DNA of 64,000 bases from Squalus acanthias (taxonomy: Eukaryota), in contig CM059433.1 in NCBI GenBank assembly GCA_030390025.1, positions 20,214,001 through 20,278,000 on the forward strand, read 5' to 3'. Positions within the stretch are counted from its first letter, which is position 1, and each line of letters opens with the position of its first letter. Below are positions 12,750 to 27,480 of the stretch, piece by piece. Both the position numbers and the translations under genes were made by a program. Under the pieces are notes generated by a model. That model did not search any database and was not told where the DNA came from. It was given only the letters and a program-made list of their open reading frames with translations.

Positions 12750-15420
12750 TGCAGATACGAGGGTGGTAGATTTTTATGTAAGCCTCTGGCAGATGCTAAC
12801 TTAACCCAGTCATTAGGAGACAATATTATGCAGAAAATGACGCATTATGAGGCTCTTTTTGGCCATCTACCAAAACATTTTTCTTGCAGAGAATACTTCA
12901 TTAAATTGCAATAGAAAAATATTAATTGGTATCAAACTGGGATATTAAGGAAAATATTTCTAGTTTGAGTACAGTGGGCTGGCTTTGGTTGATCACTGGC
13001 TCAAAGTTTAGAATAAAGGAAACTAAACTTCAGAAAAAAAGCCAGTGGGATGACCCCAGGCCCTTTGAAAAATGATGAGATTTTACAAAGTCTTGTGAAT
13101 ATTGGATATGACCAGTTGAAAGAGGAATTGGCAAACTTAACTGAGGGATATGAACTGCTAAAATGAATGGTCTCAACAGAGAGCTATTCCGGAAAGACTA
13201 ATAGATTACCAAAATGTTTTAGAATTGATGCAGGCCTACCTGCCTCCAAGGTGCCAGGGCCAGATGGTTTTGCAGGTTCTTTGCATTAAAAAACAATAGG
13301 CAACCTTGCTTGCTCCAATACTGCTAAGCTGTTCAACCAGGCGTTTCAGTGAAGTGAACTCCCAGCAACATTAAAATTGACCGTAGTCTGTAAAAAGGAC
13401 AAAATTCCTTTTCGTTGTTGAATAACTGCCCATATTTCTTTTCAATGTGACTGCAAGATAACTAAAAAAAATGATTGCTCCGTGCCTCAAAGAAACTTTG
13501 ACTCTCTGAACAATATTTATTTCCAGCAACTCTATTCAGCCTTACAGTCAGATTGGTCAGTTTTTATATCTACTTGGTTTTGCAAAACATATATTGAGGA
13601 ATTCATATTTTTCAACATAACTGCTCAAATCTGGGATAAAATATACACCTGTACAGCTCACTCCATCCTAGGGCAATCTGGAAGGAAAGTTGGGATAGAG
13701 TCCAATTAAACAATCCTCCAAAGAAGAGCTTCAGATTTCCCCCAAGTTGATGTTATCATCTAGATTCCTGCACCAACCTCAGATTGTTCATAGATAAAAC
13801 CTTGATGGTTGGGCAAAAATATCAACATACAAGGATCAACTACAGACTCTCTGAGCCAAAGGGTTTCATGAAGAGAAGGCTGTCTGCAATGATGGAGGGA
13901 GGAGATCTCTGGTCATCCCACCTCGAGTGAGGGTTATTCAGCAAAGCTGACCTTTATTGCCTTTGGTCTTTCTCCTTTTGAATCCGTAGCTAAAAACAGA
14001 CAAAACAAATTATGGAAGTGTCTGTAGCTGATCCTTGTATGTTGATATTTTGGGGAGCACACGATGTGTTTTCCCTAGAAAATAAATGTCATGCTTTGGG
14101 CACTCACAATCTCCTTCAGTAATGTTTAATCTGCTACTGCAAATTCTGCTTTTGTGTAATGCAAGAAAGTTAGTCAAAGTTGTAAGAATATATCTGCAGT
14201 TTAAGTTGTGACAAACCTGTGTCGCACAGCATTTGTCTGTCTGTCTAACTTGCCTGTTCATGTCATGATGCCTGCATTCAGGGCAGTTTTGGCGCTGCCT
14301 GCTTTTTGAGGGGTCTGTACCAGCTTTATTGAAACTATTGGTCAGTTTTTGTTTATTTTCTTGGTTGGCAAGTATAATTTTATAGAATAGAAAAGTCTCT
14401 GAAACCTGCTGCTACCTTTCTAGAATGTTCATAAGAAAGAGTCAGATGACTTTGGTCATTGAAATTAAAATTTTGTTACCTAGTTTATCAAAGGAAACCA
14501 GGAACAGAATACTTGTGGAGATAGTAAAGTCCCAGAGAGAGTGCAGATTGAAGAAAATCCATGCGAATGAAGTGCATTGGGGTCACTGTTGCAAAATATC
14601 CCAAAAGGAAACCTTCAACATAAATAATCTGGTTCCAGATATAGCATATAAATCCTCTTGGGATCCCCATAACTGGATTGAGAATTTGTTAAAATGGGAA
14701 TTTTTAGAAAAAGAACAGGCCATTGGTCCCAACAAGTTTGTCCCTTTTTGATAGATCTCAGTACCACCCAATCATCTAATCACTACACCTTTCAATTGCT
14801 TCTTCCTTCAGAAACATATCTATTCCAGAGTCTATTCCACACTTGAGCGGAAAGGTTCTGCCTGACTATTTTGAAGTTTCTAAAAACTGAATGGATGATA
14901 TTTCTTCGGAAGAAAAAGCAACTAGGAAGATTAATTCAGATATTGAGATTCATTCTCAAAGATGGAAACTAAGGAGAATGTCTCTCAGTGCATGCTTTCA
15001 ACTAATTTATATGGGAATCTTCAATAATATCTATCATACCAAGCAGGTTAAATCAGATGGGAATTAGACCCTCTGATGGAGTTGTGATCAGTCAGACGGA
15101 ACGCTGCTTATTTACTGTAGAGAATCCAAAAGGAATTGAATTCTGAAAGGAAGTGACTAGATTTTTTAGAACTCTGGAAATGTTTATCAATGTGGACCCA
15201 GCTATTTACATTCAGAGTAACCCAGCTCTTCTTTGTTAGACCAGATGAAAGCAGCAAGTTGGTTTCACTGGGGATTCTAGCGATACAGGAAATTCATTAG
15301 GTTTGTGCAAAGATGCAGATGAAACCAAGCAGTTCACGTTGTCGAAAGCTCTATTAACCAACCAGTAAAGAATGAAATTGTTTTTTGTGGAAATGTTTGC
15401 AAGAGATACGTAGGATTGGA
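12750..15420 (+). mobile_element. Highly degraded L1/Tx1-like ORF2 remnant
   Basis: KVPGPDGF at ~13248-13271 in A-rich pseudo-coding sequence; boundaries uncertain. Confidence 0.4.
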
Positions 15421-15667
15421 CGATAAGAGATGTTCTTATCCTAGTGCAGGTGGCACTAACTTTGTGATCATAGTTTGGAAATTCTTAATTTTTGTGCATA
15501 CTGGTAACCTTTCATTCATAATACAGTACTTGAAAACATTACTTTTTTTAAAACATTTTTCTATAAACAGATGACAGAATAAGTTGTATCTAAATTAAGA
15601 ATTCCGAAGACAGACTTCAGGTTCTTTGATCTTTCAACCATTTTTGATTGTTTTTGATTAAAAAAAA

Positions 15668-16076
15668 GACTTGCATTTATTTAGCGCCTTTCACAATGTC
15701 CCAAAGCACTTTGCAGCCATTTAAGTGTAGTCACTGGTGTAATGTAGGAAACACAGCAGCCAATTTGCACACAGCAAGCTCCCACAAACAACAATGCGAT
15801 AATGAGCAGATAATCTGTTTTAGTGACGTCAATTGAGGGATAAATATTGGCCAGGACACCAGGGATAACTCCCCTGCTCCTCTTTGAAATAGTGTCATGG
15901 GATCTTTTTCATCCATCTGAGGGAGCAGATGGGTCCCCGGTTTAACATCTCATCCCCAAGATGCCACCTTCGACAGCACTGCACTGGATGTTTGTGCTCA
16001 AGTCTCTGGAATGGGACTTGAACCCACAGCCTTCTAAATCAGAATTGAGAGTGCTACCCACTGAGTCACAGCTGAC
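15668..16076 (-). mobile_element. Deu-domain SINE (SacSINE1/AmnSINE-like)
   Basis: Reverse-complement match to the copy at 22572-22995. Confidence 0.8.
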
Positions 16077-17341
16077 TAAGTACTGTTTTCAGCTCAAAAA
16101 CTTGAGACAGCTCTTCCCCTGTCCTGGTTAGTATGCATCACCAAATGTTTGAATAGATCTGAACTAAATAATTGTCGAAACATCCAAGCAGGTTCAATGT
16201 CTTATTGAAATGACTTTGAAGTTCACCCTTCCTATACAGTATTGATGAAAGACTTCAGCACTATTGTCCTCCTTTAAAACCTGATTCATTTTATCACAAG
16301 TTCAGGGGTCATATTTTCTCCTTGTAGTCATGAATGCATAAATGTGCTTCGCCCACCAATGTGCTTCTGTGTACAAAACCACAATGTTTGACTTGTCAAT
16401 GAGTTTGCTTACAGCTCCCATGTGTAGTTTTATCCATTATGTTAGCATGAAAGTCTTCGGAACTCTTGATCCTTCTGAGTTGCAAATATGCTTCCTGCAC
16501 CCTATTCCCTCTCCCTGCATCATCTGTGTTGAAATCAAGACTTATTTCTCCCTGCTCCAACTCAATAATAGGAACATAGGAACAGGATTAGGTCATTCTG
16601 ACCCTCGAGCCTGATCTGCCATTCAATTAGATCATGGATGATCTGTAGCTTAACTCAATCTACCTGCCTTGGCTCCGTAACCCTTAATTGCTTAACTAAA
16701 ATCTATCAATCTCAGTTTTGACATTTTCAATTGACCTAACCTCAACAGCTTTTTGGGGAGAGAGTTGCAGATCTCCATTACCCTTTGAGTGAAGAAGTGC
16801 TTCCTGACATCACCCTGAATGGCTTAGCTCAAATTTTAAGGTTATGCCCCCTTGTTCTGGACTCCCCCACCAGAGAAAATAGTTTCTCTGTATCTACCCT
16901 ATCAAATCCTTTAATCATCTTAAACACTTCAATGAGAACAACCCTTAATCTGCTATATAAAATGGAATATAAGCCTAGTCAATGCAACATGTCCTCATAA
17001 TTTTACCCTTTTAGTCCCGGTATCATTCTGGTGAACCTGCACTGCACCCCCTCCAGGGCCAGTATATCCTTCCTGAGGTGCGGTGTCCAGAACTGAATGC
17101 TGTACTCCAGGTGGGGTCTCACCAGAGCTTTATATAACTGTAACATAACTTCCACACCTTTGTATTCCAGCCCTCTTGGGATAAAGGTGAATATTCCATT
17201 AGCATTTAGTGATTTCTGTACCTGGACCCCTAAATCTCTCTGCTCATCCAAAGTGCCTAGCTTCTCATCACTTAGAAAATACTCTGATCTATCTTTTATA
17301 GGTCCAAATGGATGACCTCGCACTTTCCCACATTGAACTCC

Positions 17342-17668
17342 ATCGGCCGCCTGACACCTGCCCCTTTTACTGGTGCCGCCGCGGCTGCAAAAACGCCCTG
17401 CTGACCCTGTCGGACGTATCGTCCGGCGATAGGTCAGGGGGCGCAACCGAAGTTTGCAGCCGGGGCGCGAGCAGGGTGCTGCGCACAGCGATGGTGTCAT
17501 CGCTGACGGCACAGCGCTGTGGGGGGCTACTGGCTACCGCCGCTAACCTCCCGCTGAATTTTGCGGGAGGCGTTAGCAGCGCCGCGCCCGGGCACTAGGG
17601 AATTTGTGCCCTGTTAGCACCCCCCAGGGGCGCTAACGAGAGGCGCAAATCAACCCGATTTTTCCCCC
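17342..17668 (-). mobile_element. Family-A MITE, one end only
   Basis: Reverse complement of the left part of 6540-7300, ending GATTTTTCCCCC; other end missing together with adjacent CR1 sequence. Confidence 0.82.
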
Positions 17669-18533
17669 ATAGTGAAAAGCTGATGCCCCAGTACAGATCC
17701 CTAGGAGGCACCACTAGTTACATCCTGCCAATTTGAATGCATACCCATTATCCCTACTCTCTGTCTCCTACCTCATAACCAATTCCCTACCCATCTCAAT
17801 AGGTTGCCTCCAATTCCATGCACTCTCATTTTTGTTAACAGTCTCTTATGTGGAACCTTGTCGAATGCCTTCTGGAAGTTCATTATAAGTAACATCCATA
17901 GACAATCTCTTATCTACCACATTTGTTACCTCATCAAGAAATTCAACTCGGCTCATTAGACATGACTTACGCTTTACAAATCCATGCTAGCTTTCTCTGA
18001 TCAGCTCATATTTGTCCAAATGCTCGTTCACTCTGCCCTATAAACAGATTTAAGTAACTTCTCCACAATACTGTTAGATCAATCGTCCTATAATTTCCTA
18101 GTTTACCTCTCCTACCCTTCTTAAATAATGGAGTGACATTGGCAGTTTTCCAATCCAAGGGGACAGTTCCTGAATCAGTGGAGTTTTGGAAGATCATGAC
18201 TAGCGCGTCTACAATTTCTTCATCTACTTCTTTTATTACCCTGCGGTGAAAGCCTTGAGGTCTGGAGATTTGTCTACCTTTAGTCTCATGATTTTCTCCA
18301 TTACCATTTTTTTACTTATATTGAATATAGTTAGTTCCTCCCCTTGATTCAGTTTTAGTTTTCCTTGTATCTCTGGTACTTTATCCTCATCCTCTACAGT
18401 GAAGACCGATGCATAGTAGCTATTTAATAAGTCTGCCATTTCCTGATTTCCAATTACAATATTGTCTGTCTTTAAGGGCCCATATTACTCTTAGCCATCC
18501 TCTTTCTCATAATTGTATTTGTAAAAACCTTTA

Positions 18534-19000
18534 GGGGGAGAAATTGGGCTGCGCCCCCTTTGGGGTGCTAACTTCGCCAGGGTGCTACTTTTAGCGCCCC
18601 GAAAAAATTAGCGCCCCCGCACCCGAAATTCACTGGTAGCGCTCCAAGAGGGAGACGAGGCGCGACTGGAAGCGCCCCGCCTCCCTCTTGGGGCGCTGCG
18701 AGTGAATATTACGGTGCTACATGCCGCGGTACTGCAGGCCTTCCTCCCCTTATTAAAGGGGAGGGGCCGTGCGCAGCGCGACCCGGGGCCCAGCTGGGCC
18801 ACCAGGGATCGGAGTGCCGGCAACAGAGCCTAGCACTCAAGAGAAGTGCCGGGCTCACGGAATGCAGCCGGCACCCCGCGGGGGGGGGCTGCACAGAAGG
18901 CCGCGGACAGCAACGGGGGCAGGTGGTGCCGAGCCCAGGCGCTAGTTAGTGCTTTATTAGGGCGCTAACGGGAGGCGCAAATCAACTAAATTTTTCCCCC
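18534..19000 (-). mobile_element. Family-A MITE, internally deleted (467 bp)
   Basis: TIRs GGGGGAGAAATT and AATTTTTCCCCC; TTA duplicated at 18531-18533 and 19001-19003. Confidence 0.92.
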
Positions 19001-21667
19001 TTAGTGTTGTTCTTTGCAAGCTTTTTCTTGTATTTCCTTTTTGCAGCTCTTACCACTTTCTTTGTATCCCTTTGCTGTTCTTTATATCTCTCCCATTCTG
19101 CGGAATCTCTACTGTTCTTTGCTTTCATATAAATCATTCTCAGAATTTCAAGATTTCCTTCTTCCGATAATCTTCAGGCTTTTAAAACCCAAGCTGTGTG
19201 TTACCTAATCATCACCTACTTTTTTTCATTATTATTCTCTTCAATCTTGATGAACCATGACCCTTCACTTTGGTTTTGCAATAAATAAATAAAATGAAAA
19301 ATCATCTCACAGGCACTGTCAGATAAGGCACTGCCCTCTCCTGATACTAGTTGAATAGTTGTTAATTTCTACATGTATTTCTCATCATTGTCATTAGCGT
19401 TTCATCTATCCCAATGCGATAGAAACAAACTTAATAATGAAAAAGAAATAAAACAACCCATGTAGGCAGGGTTGTTATCCTTCCAACTCAAATGAGCCCT
19501 CAGTGCCAAGCCCAATTGGCACAAGCAGACTGAAGGATCCAATGTATTGGCCCACAAGTGCAGTGGAAACTATGTACATAATCTGAATATAAAAAATACA
19601 AGGAACTGAGAAATGTCCTGTGTACACAGCTTGGATCAGAATTCATCCACTTTAAATAACACTCTCGGTGCTCTTTAGTTGACCCAGGAGTAAACCTGCT
19701 CCTTGCATAGTTTAAATTGGAGGTTTGCATTCCCAATGTTTATCGGTATCCTTGGGATTTTACTGTGATTTCAGGGTCATATCCTTGAACTGGAAGAATT
19801 ACTATTGTAGCCTAAAAACATATAAACAAAACTCCCTTTTTAGTAAAATGGGGGATACACTCAGCAGTTCAGTCAGTACCTGTAGAGAAAACAGATCAGC
19901 TCATGTTTCAGGTGCAAATGCTTTATTTTTTTCCCAGTTCTGATGACTGAGTTATATCTGAAATGTTGGCTTGTCTGTTCTCTCTACAGATGTTGCCTGA
20001 CTCGCTGAACATTTCCAGCACATTCTGTTTTTGCTTCGGATATCCAGTATTTGCAGTTTTTCTTTGTTTCAGTTTTTAGGCCTGTTGTCTTTTTTAGGTT
20101 TGTTTAGTTCACTGTAAGTGGTAAGGCGAAGGCTTTTTTCTGCTGAAAATGTCTAGATGGTAACATTAGCTGTAAAGATACAAAATTGCTAAGATTGAAT
20201 GAGAAAACAGTGACTTTTCCAGAAAGCTTTCCAAAGTCAAATGAGGTTATCTAAATTTATTCAAGGTTGAGTGGGGGAGCTATTACTGCTTCTGAATACT
20301 TGAGGAGGTAAATCATTCTAAATAAGGTCAGTAGATTGTAACACACAATATAATTCAACTCCTACCATCACTAACAATATCAAACGCCAAAAGAAAGAGA
20401 CAAGTTACTGTATCTAAATCAAATTTCAAGTTTATGAGTTTTACTAAAAATAATACAAGACAAGAAGGCCATTTAATTATTGCTGTAAGTTGAAGTTTGG
20501 AAGTGAATATTAGAACACCGATTTGTTCAGGTGCAAGTAATCATTAAGTTGTGCTAAGTTCACTGAAACAAAATGTACAACTGCAAATTGTGTTGTTTCT
20601 CTCTCTCCAGGGACACTGATTTAACTGTACGCAGAACTTTGCAGAGATTTACTTGAGTTTTTTAGATTCTTTCTCCTTCAGTTTGCTCTCCTTACTGTTC
20701 CTCTCCAGAAATCATCAATTGTTGCCAGGCTAGCTTCCTCAGATGCTGGTTCAATCCTGGTATATTGCACAAATGGCTATTCTTTATCTGTGGATGTCAG
20801 CAGGTTGTGCGACGACAGGAGAACATCATGTTTAAGCCTCGTCCTGTACACAATTAATGTCGACGCAATCGCATTTCCAACAGATGTCACTGAATAGTGA
20901 TGGTGAACAGGCAGTTTTCTGTGGATCTGTTAACATTGCAGATGTTTGCATTTCTTTTCTATCAAATACCCTTTTTCAAAGGTGCACAACTAAAAGAATG
21001 GGTCACCTTCTTCCTTCTTGATTTCTGGATTTTTATGGAGCCAGTTTTCCACATCTTGACAGCTTCCCGGTGAAAGTTGAACCAGGAATTGGTGGCTCTC
21101 CAACAAGAAGGGGGTTATTAATTTTATAAATTATTATCATCTACTTATATAATTGACTTGCTAACTTCGAGAACTTCTGAATGAACACTGCCACAACACG
21201 GTGAAGGGAAGTAATTGGAGCCTCAATGAGATTACATCATGAGTTCTCCTTGTCTGGGTTTTTACTGTGCACCCCAGGGCCAGTTGATGGATCTCGCTAT
21301 AACTGGTGCTAATAATGCTTTGAGATTGATCAGCTCGGAATCATTTTCTTAGGGTTGCAGCTAATGCTGGCAGTTATTGCTCCTGCCACACAAAGCTCAT
21401 TCTACTCACCTGTCTAAAAATAATGGAACTGGTCCAATGATGGGAGATGCGTTTAAATGTCAGTCATTTAGTACTGAAACTTGCTATTCTTTGAGTTTGG
21501 AACTTTGGAGTTAATGCTTGAAGCAACAGGTCATGAGAAATTTATTTAAGGAATATATAAATATTAAGGATATGAAGGAAACGCCACTGCAATGGATATT
21601 CCAAATGAGATGCACAAGAGCAGAAAGAGATAATCACTGCTGTGTTACTTCATGGCTTTGTTTCAAT

Positions 21668-22426
21668 GGCCCAGAAATTCGCCTCTCCGGCTTGCCGCGG
21701 GGGTAAGGATCGCGTGCGCTCTTACCTACCGCGCCTGCCATTGTGTTTTGGGCCCACGGGAACTTCGGGTCCTGGGCCTCTCCCAACTGCCGGCGTGCAG
21801 TGCGTGCATGCGTGCGTGTTAGTGCGATGCGTCCCCTGGGATCACGTGGGCCATGGAGAGCCAATGGCAGCAGACCATCTTTCATTCATAGATTTGACAG
21901 GAGACCTGTCAAATCTGTGAATTGAAATCGGCCCCAAAAGAACAGCTAAACTTAAAATAAATTTTAAAAAAAAACCATCACATTTATAAAATAACTATAG
22001 TTAAATAAATTAACCACTTTAAACAAAAATTTAAATTTTTGAAAAAATTAAAATACTTTTTAAAAGTGATAAAAATAAACTTACCTTTCTTTAAAGTATC
22101 TAAAAAAGATAAACCTGTTGAAAAAAAATTAAAATTATACTTAATTAACCACTTACCTTGTTCAAAACGGGTCTTGCGCCTCCTTTTCATTAGCGTAGTG
22201 TCTTCAATACTTACCCTCGCGTAGAAACCTGAAAAAAAATCTAAGTTTGCTGCGTGCGCGCAGCCTCTAGCGCACACGCGGTTCACCTAGGAACTGCCCC
22301 CTTCACCATACCGGAAGTTCCGGTTTCCCACGCATGCGCAGTGCATGCAGGAAACCGGCACTTCGGGAAGCAATACAGGTGAGTACAGAACGCGTACTCA
22401 CCCGGGAAGGGTCGAATTTTTGGCCC
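21668..22426 (+). mobile_element. Harbinger-type MITE, family B
   Basis: Ends GGCCCAGAAATTCG and CGAATTTTTGGCCC; colinear with 55540-56303; TSD imperfect. Confidence 0.85.
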
Positions 22427-22571
22427 ATAATGTAAAGAAATAACACAGCCATAAGTTTCTATGCATCAACCCCCCAAATCATCAGATTATCAGAGGGTAG
22501 ATTTTCCTCTTCACTGTGGGCGGTAATCTGGCGGAGTGGATCTCCCGCCTATTCTATAATCCGCCCGATCC

Positions 22572-22995
22572 ACCGTGGCTCAGTGAACATCACTCTTGCC
22601 TCTGAGTCAGATGGTTGTGGGTTCAAGTCCCACTCCAGAGACTTGAGCATAAAAATCCAGGCTGACACTGCAGTGCAGTGCTGGGGGAGTTCTGCACTGT
22701 CAGAGGTGCCGTCTTTTGGATGAGACATTAAACCAAGGCCCCGTCTGCCCTCTCAGGTAGACTATTTCAAAGAAGAGCAGGGGAGTTATCCCTGGTGTCC
22801 TCAATCAACATAATAAAAAACAGATTATCTGGTCATTATCACATTGCTGTTTGTGGGATCTTGATGTGTGCAATTGGCTGCTGTGTTTCCTACATTACAA
22901 CAGTTTCCTACACTTCAAAAGTACTTCATTGGCTGTAAAGCGCTTTGGGATGTCCTGAGGTTGTGAAAGGCGCTATATAAATGCAAGTCTTTCTT
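22572..22995 (+). mobile_element. Deu-domain SINE (SacSINE1/AmnSINE-like)
   Basis: tRNA-like head (GTGGCTCAGTG..GGTTCAAGTCC), core GCACTGTCAGAGGTGCCGTCTTT, L2-like tail GGCGCTATATAAATGCAAGTCTTTC. Confidence 0.82.
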
Positions 22996-23537
22996 TTTTT
23001 TAATTTCATAAATGCCAGATCATCGCCCAGGTAATGGAAATGAAAAACCCAGATGTTTGGTACTTTGCCTGGGTAATTCTAATAGAGTATTGTCTTACTT
23101 CTATCCTTCTTTTAAAAATGAGGTGATTATACAACAGGGATGGCATTAGAACATGTAACACAGCTTGAACTATCATTTGCACTTCCTCTGGCGGTACCAA
23201 TCTAATTCTGAGCAACAAAGAGAAAATAGTGCAAAATTGCTCCTTATTTGTCAATTAAGCAACATTCTCCTGAGAACCACAAGGGTTCCAAGAGGTGGAT
23301 GGTAATGCTGATATGGCAGGGCATGCTCTTGAGATAGGGGAGGATTGATTTGAAGGGGAAAAATCATTATTTTCCCGAACTAGTGGAATATTTTCCATGC
23401 TGGCCCATTTTTTATTAGTATTTCTGTTGATGTTATGGATATTGAATAAAGGCTTGTAAAGTCCGTCACCCTCTTCCCACTCCCTCTTCTCCCCTTCCCC
23501 ATTTTAATTAATTGAAAAATTTTCACACCTCAATAAT

Positions 23538-24274
23538 GGGCCGGATTTTGCAGTAAAAATAACGATGAGGTGCTCACCGCTATTAACGTGCAAATCAGAC
23601 AGCAACTTCCAGCGACCGCACATGTGCAGTTAAATGCGTAAGTCAGGACGTTGCTGTCCGAGATGCCCTGCTCCTCCAGAAACTCTGCGATAATGGCACC
23701 TTGCCGGGAGACTCACCATTGAAATACATGGAACGGCATGAAGTTGCTGTACTTACCTGATTATATACCCACTGACCTCGCCAGAAAAGGTTAGGGCTTG
23801 CCCATTCCAGTGTAAGCATCTTTTTAACAGCGTGATAATTCTTAATTATTGCCAAACAACCTCTCTGGCACTGAAAATTTACTTTTAACAAATGTGGAGT
23901 CTCATTCCTTCAGTTTTTAATTATTGTTGGCGATTTTAAAAATTAAAAATTTGAAATAAATATATATTTTTTAAATTTATCTTTCTGTCTCTTTTATCTA
24001 CCTCTTTATTTTGCTTTCTGTACCTGATTTGACATTGAATTAAATATTCGAACTCACACGTCCTTGTTTAGACTCTGCGCTGCTCATTAATGATTCTTCA
24101 ATCTGATTGGTTAAGGAGGTACACAGTTGCTTGCTCTGTCGGGGGTGTTGCGCTTTTTCGATGGCTGGCTGACAGGAACTTCCAGTGCAAAAGCACATAA
24201 AAAGTCTATGGGGAAGTGCAAGTGCATCGAACCACTGATGCCATTCATTCACCGCTGACCCCAAAATCTGGCCC
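23538..24274. mobile_element. Harbinger-type MITE, family C
   Basis: TIRs GGGCCGGATTTTG and CAAAATCTGGCCC; AAT duplicated at 23535-23537 and 24275-24277. Confidence 0.88.
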
Positions 24275-25409
24275 AATACTTACTTGTCCATTTCCTGGCC
24301 CAGTTAATCATAATGCCCATTTGCTTTGTTGTTGTCATACAACATTTTCCCCGGTCGTGCGAAGGAACACAGATGGCAGCAATACTCAAAGCGACTGGAG
24401 AGAGTGTATTGAACTCTCATTAGCCAATGTATTTTCCCTGAGGTACATTTAGTTATCTGGATGTTGCAAAAATAATTCTACAAAAAATTCAGATGAAAGT
24501 TGTATTTAGTACAACTTGTGTTGAATTGTATTTATTTTTTAAATACAAGCTGATGAAGTAACATTTGGTATTTCCCCTTTTTAAGCATGTCCCTGTTCCC
24601 AACACAGTAAATGCTATCCTTCTGGGGAGGGGGAAGATCAGTGTAATACGTGAGTTTCTCCCCATGTTAAAACATCAGACTAAGGTCTCCTCCACGTTAG
24701 CTATCTAAGTAACTTCTACCTGGTTTAATTTCAGTCAGAGGCAGCCCAGCTTGATAGATTTTCAGTCAGAGCTAATTGCAAACACAAGGCAATAACTGGT
24801 GAGATATATGTGAGCCAGGAGTACAATTCTAAAAGGTAATTTCACCATTGTATGAAGCGCACATTGGCCTTTCATAGATTTCAACATCATGAATTATTTC
24901 CTAAACTGTCAATTTCTTTCTCACTTCATAAACTATATCCAATTAAACAGCTCTTAGAGTTCTTTCTTGAGTGCCACATTTATTGGCATTTAACCCACAA
25001 GAAGGTTTACTAAATACATTTTTATATCACAAGATATTAGAACTTGTCCTCTTCAACCTTAATTTGAACAAATGTAAAAACAACTACCATTAAAGTCCTA
25101 CAATGTATTAGAAGTCAGGATCAATATAATTCCTTAATATTCATAATCAGTGACATGGAATCTGTTCAACAACAGCTTTTCACACCTATGTGTAATAATG
25201 GCTTTTTCCAACTCTCCAGCTGCAGACCCTGTCATGAACAGTAATATTAACTGAGTAATGGTGTACATTAGGAAGTGAGTCTCAATCTCTAAAACAATAC
25301 CATGGAGATTAAACATCATGCTTATCAAATTAAAGGAGAACTCTGAAGACAAGTAATGTTCGATATTGTGACGATTACCAAAGATTCATAAATCTGATAC
25401 ATGACAACA

Positions 25410-26230
25410 ACATCTTGCAATTATATAGCACCTTTAACGTAGGAAAATATCCCAAGACACTTCACAGAGGCCGAATCAAAAAAACTGAAGGGGATATTTG
25501 GATGGGTGACCAGAAGCTTGGTCAAAGAGGTGGGTTTTAAGGAGGATCTTAAAGGAGGAGAAGGAGGTGGCGAGGCAGAGAGGGTTAGGGATGGAATTCC
25601 AAATCGTGCGGCTTAGGCGGTTGAAGATATGGCCAACAATGGTGGGTGAAGAGAGGGAGATGCACATAAATCCCGAGGCAGAGGAGCAGAGAGTTCGGGG
25701 AGGATGGGGTTGTAGGGTTGGTGTAAGTTACAGAATAGGGAGGGGGCGAGGCTATGAAGGATTTAAGCACAAGGATGAGAATTTTTAAATTTGAGGTGTT
25801 GAGAACTAATGTACCCAAGGAGGGGGGTGATGGGCGCATGGGACAATGTGGAATAGGGTATGGACAGCAGAGTTTTGGATGAACTGCAGATCACAGAAGG
25901 TGGAGGATGTGAGGCCAGCAAGGAGAGCATTAGAATAGTTGAGTTTGGAGGTGACAAAGGCATGTATGAGAGTTACAGTGGCAGATGGCCTGAGGTAGGA
26001 GCAGAGGCAGGCATTGTTAGGGAGGTGGAATTCTTTATGATGGAGAGGATATGGGAAGAGAAGTCATTTTTGGTGGTGTTCTGGCTATGATCATATAGCT
26101 AATAGGAAAACCATGTCCAGTCCCACTGTGCTGGACAATGGAGAATGGTGGTGTGGTCAACCATATCAAAGGCTGCAGAGAGGTTGAGGACGACAAGAAG
26201 AGATGATGTGCCATGGTCACGGTCACAGGG
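25410..26230 (-). mobile_element. L2 LINE 3' fragment
   Basis: Minus translations WNSIP..SSFKILLKTHLF and DLSAAFD-like; L2 tail near 25410. Confidence 0.8.
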
Positions 26231-26929
26231 AATATCACTAAAGTCCCATTACATCATTTATCTGTACTCTTGCTTTCAAAATCTCATACCCTTCAGCACT
26301 TGTATTGCCTTGGTTATGGACAGAACTGATCTCACAATTGGAAGCAGGTAGGTGGTTTATTAAATTCCCCACATGCCTCTCCTTTGGAATGACAAAATTA
26401 TGAGAGCTTGTAAACTCTTTTGGCAAAAAGAGGACAACCAATGGCCTAATTCAATACTGGCAATCTTTTTCAGTAACTTACAGTATTGAAGTAACATCAT
26501 CTTTGGAATTTTGTTCCAAGTTAATTTACTTAAGTTTCAAAATGGAAATGATCAACCAATTAGGATCCTGCGTGGGACCTTGGTTTCTGCGGTCATTGAA
26601 TTTTTATGGTATTTTTACAAGATAAGGTTATAACTGATTAATCAGCTAGGCTTAGGCTACATAGAAACCAAATATGATTTCTTTTGATAAAAAGAATGTA
26701 TATGATTCCCTTTGCTGAGAAGATTACATTTAGGTATTAGAGCAGGAATCATAAATCAGATGGGTAATTAAGAAATTGAAATATGTCCTTATTTGTTAGA
26801 TATAAATTAATAAAAATGATTGACACATTTTCATTTAATTTCTACCCTCTAACTTTGTCATGTCATAAAAGGGACTGTTTCATCTTCACAACATTTGGGA
26901 AAGAATATAGGGGATGTTAATCTGACTTG

Positions 26930-27480
26930 CATTGAGTCTACAGCAAAGAAACAGGCCATTTGACCCAACTGATCTATGCCGGTGTTTATGCTCCATACAA
27001 GCTTTCTCCCACCCCTCTTCATCTAACCCTATCAGCATACCCTTCTATTCTTTTCTCCACCATGCGCTTAACTAGCTTTCCCTTAAATGCATCTGTGCTA
27101 TTTGCCTCAACTATTCCTTGTGGTAGCACATTCCACATTCTTACCACTCTTTGGGTAAAGAAGTTTCTCCTGAATTCCCTATTCGATTTATTAGTGGCAA
27201 TCTTATATTTATGGCCCCTCGTTTTGGAATCCCCTACAAGTGGAAACATCTTCTCTATGTCTATCCTATTGAACCCTCTATCAGCTCACCTCTCAGTCTT
27301 CTCTTTTCGAGAGCAAAGACCCCAACCTGTTCAGTCTTTCCTGATAATTATAACCTCTCAGTTCTAGCATCATCCTTGTAAAAACATTTTTTGCACCTTC
27401 TTCACTGCTCTATATTCTTTTTATAATATGGAGATCAGAAATGTGCACAGTACTCCCAAGTGTGGTCTAACCAAGGTTCT
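26930..27480 (-). mobile_element. CR1 3' fragment
   Basis: Minus ORF 27019-27249 TRGHKYKI..RRNFFTQRVVRMWN. Confidence 0.88.

Larger units (their letters stand above)
16570..19100 (-). mobile_element. CR1 LINE fragment interrupted by two family-A MITEs
   Basis: Minus ORFs with LYKALVRPHLEY, ANVTPLFKKG and ADLLNSYYASVFT; tail near 16570. Confidence 0.88.
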
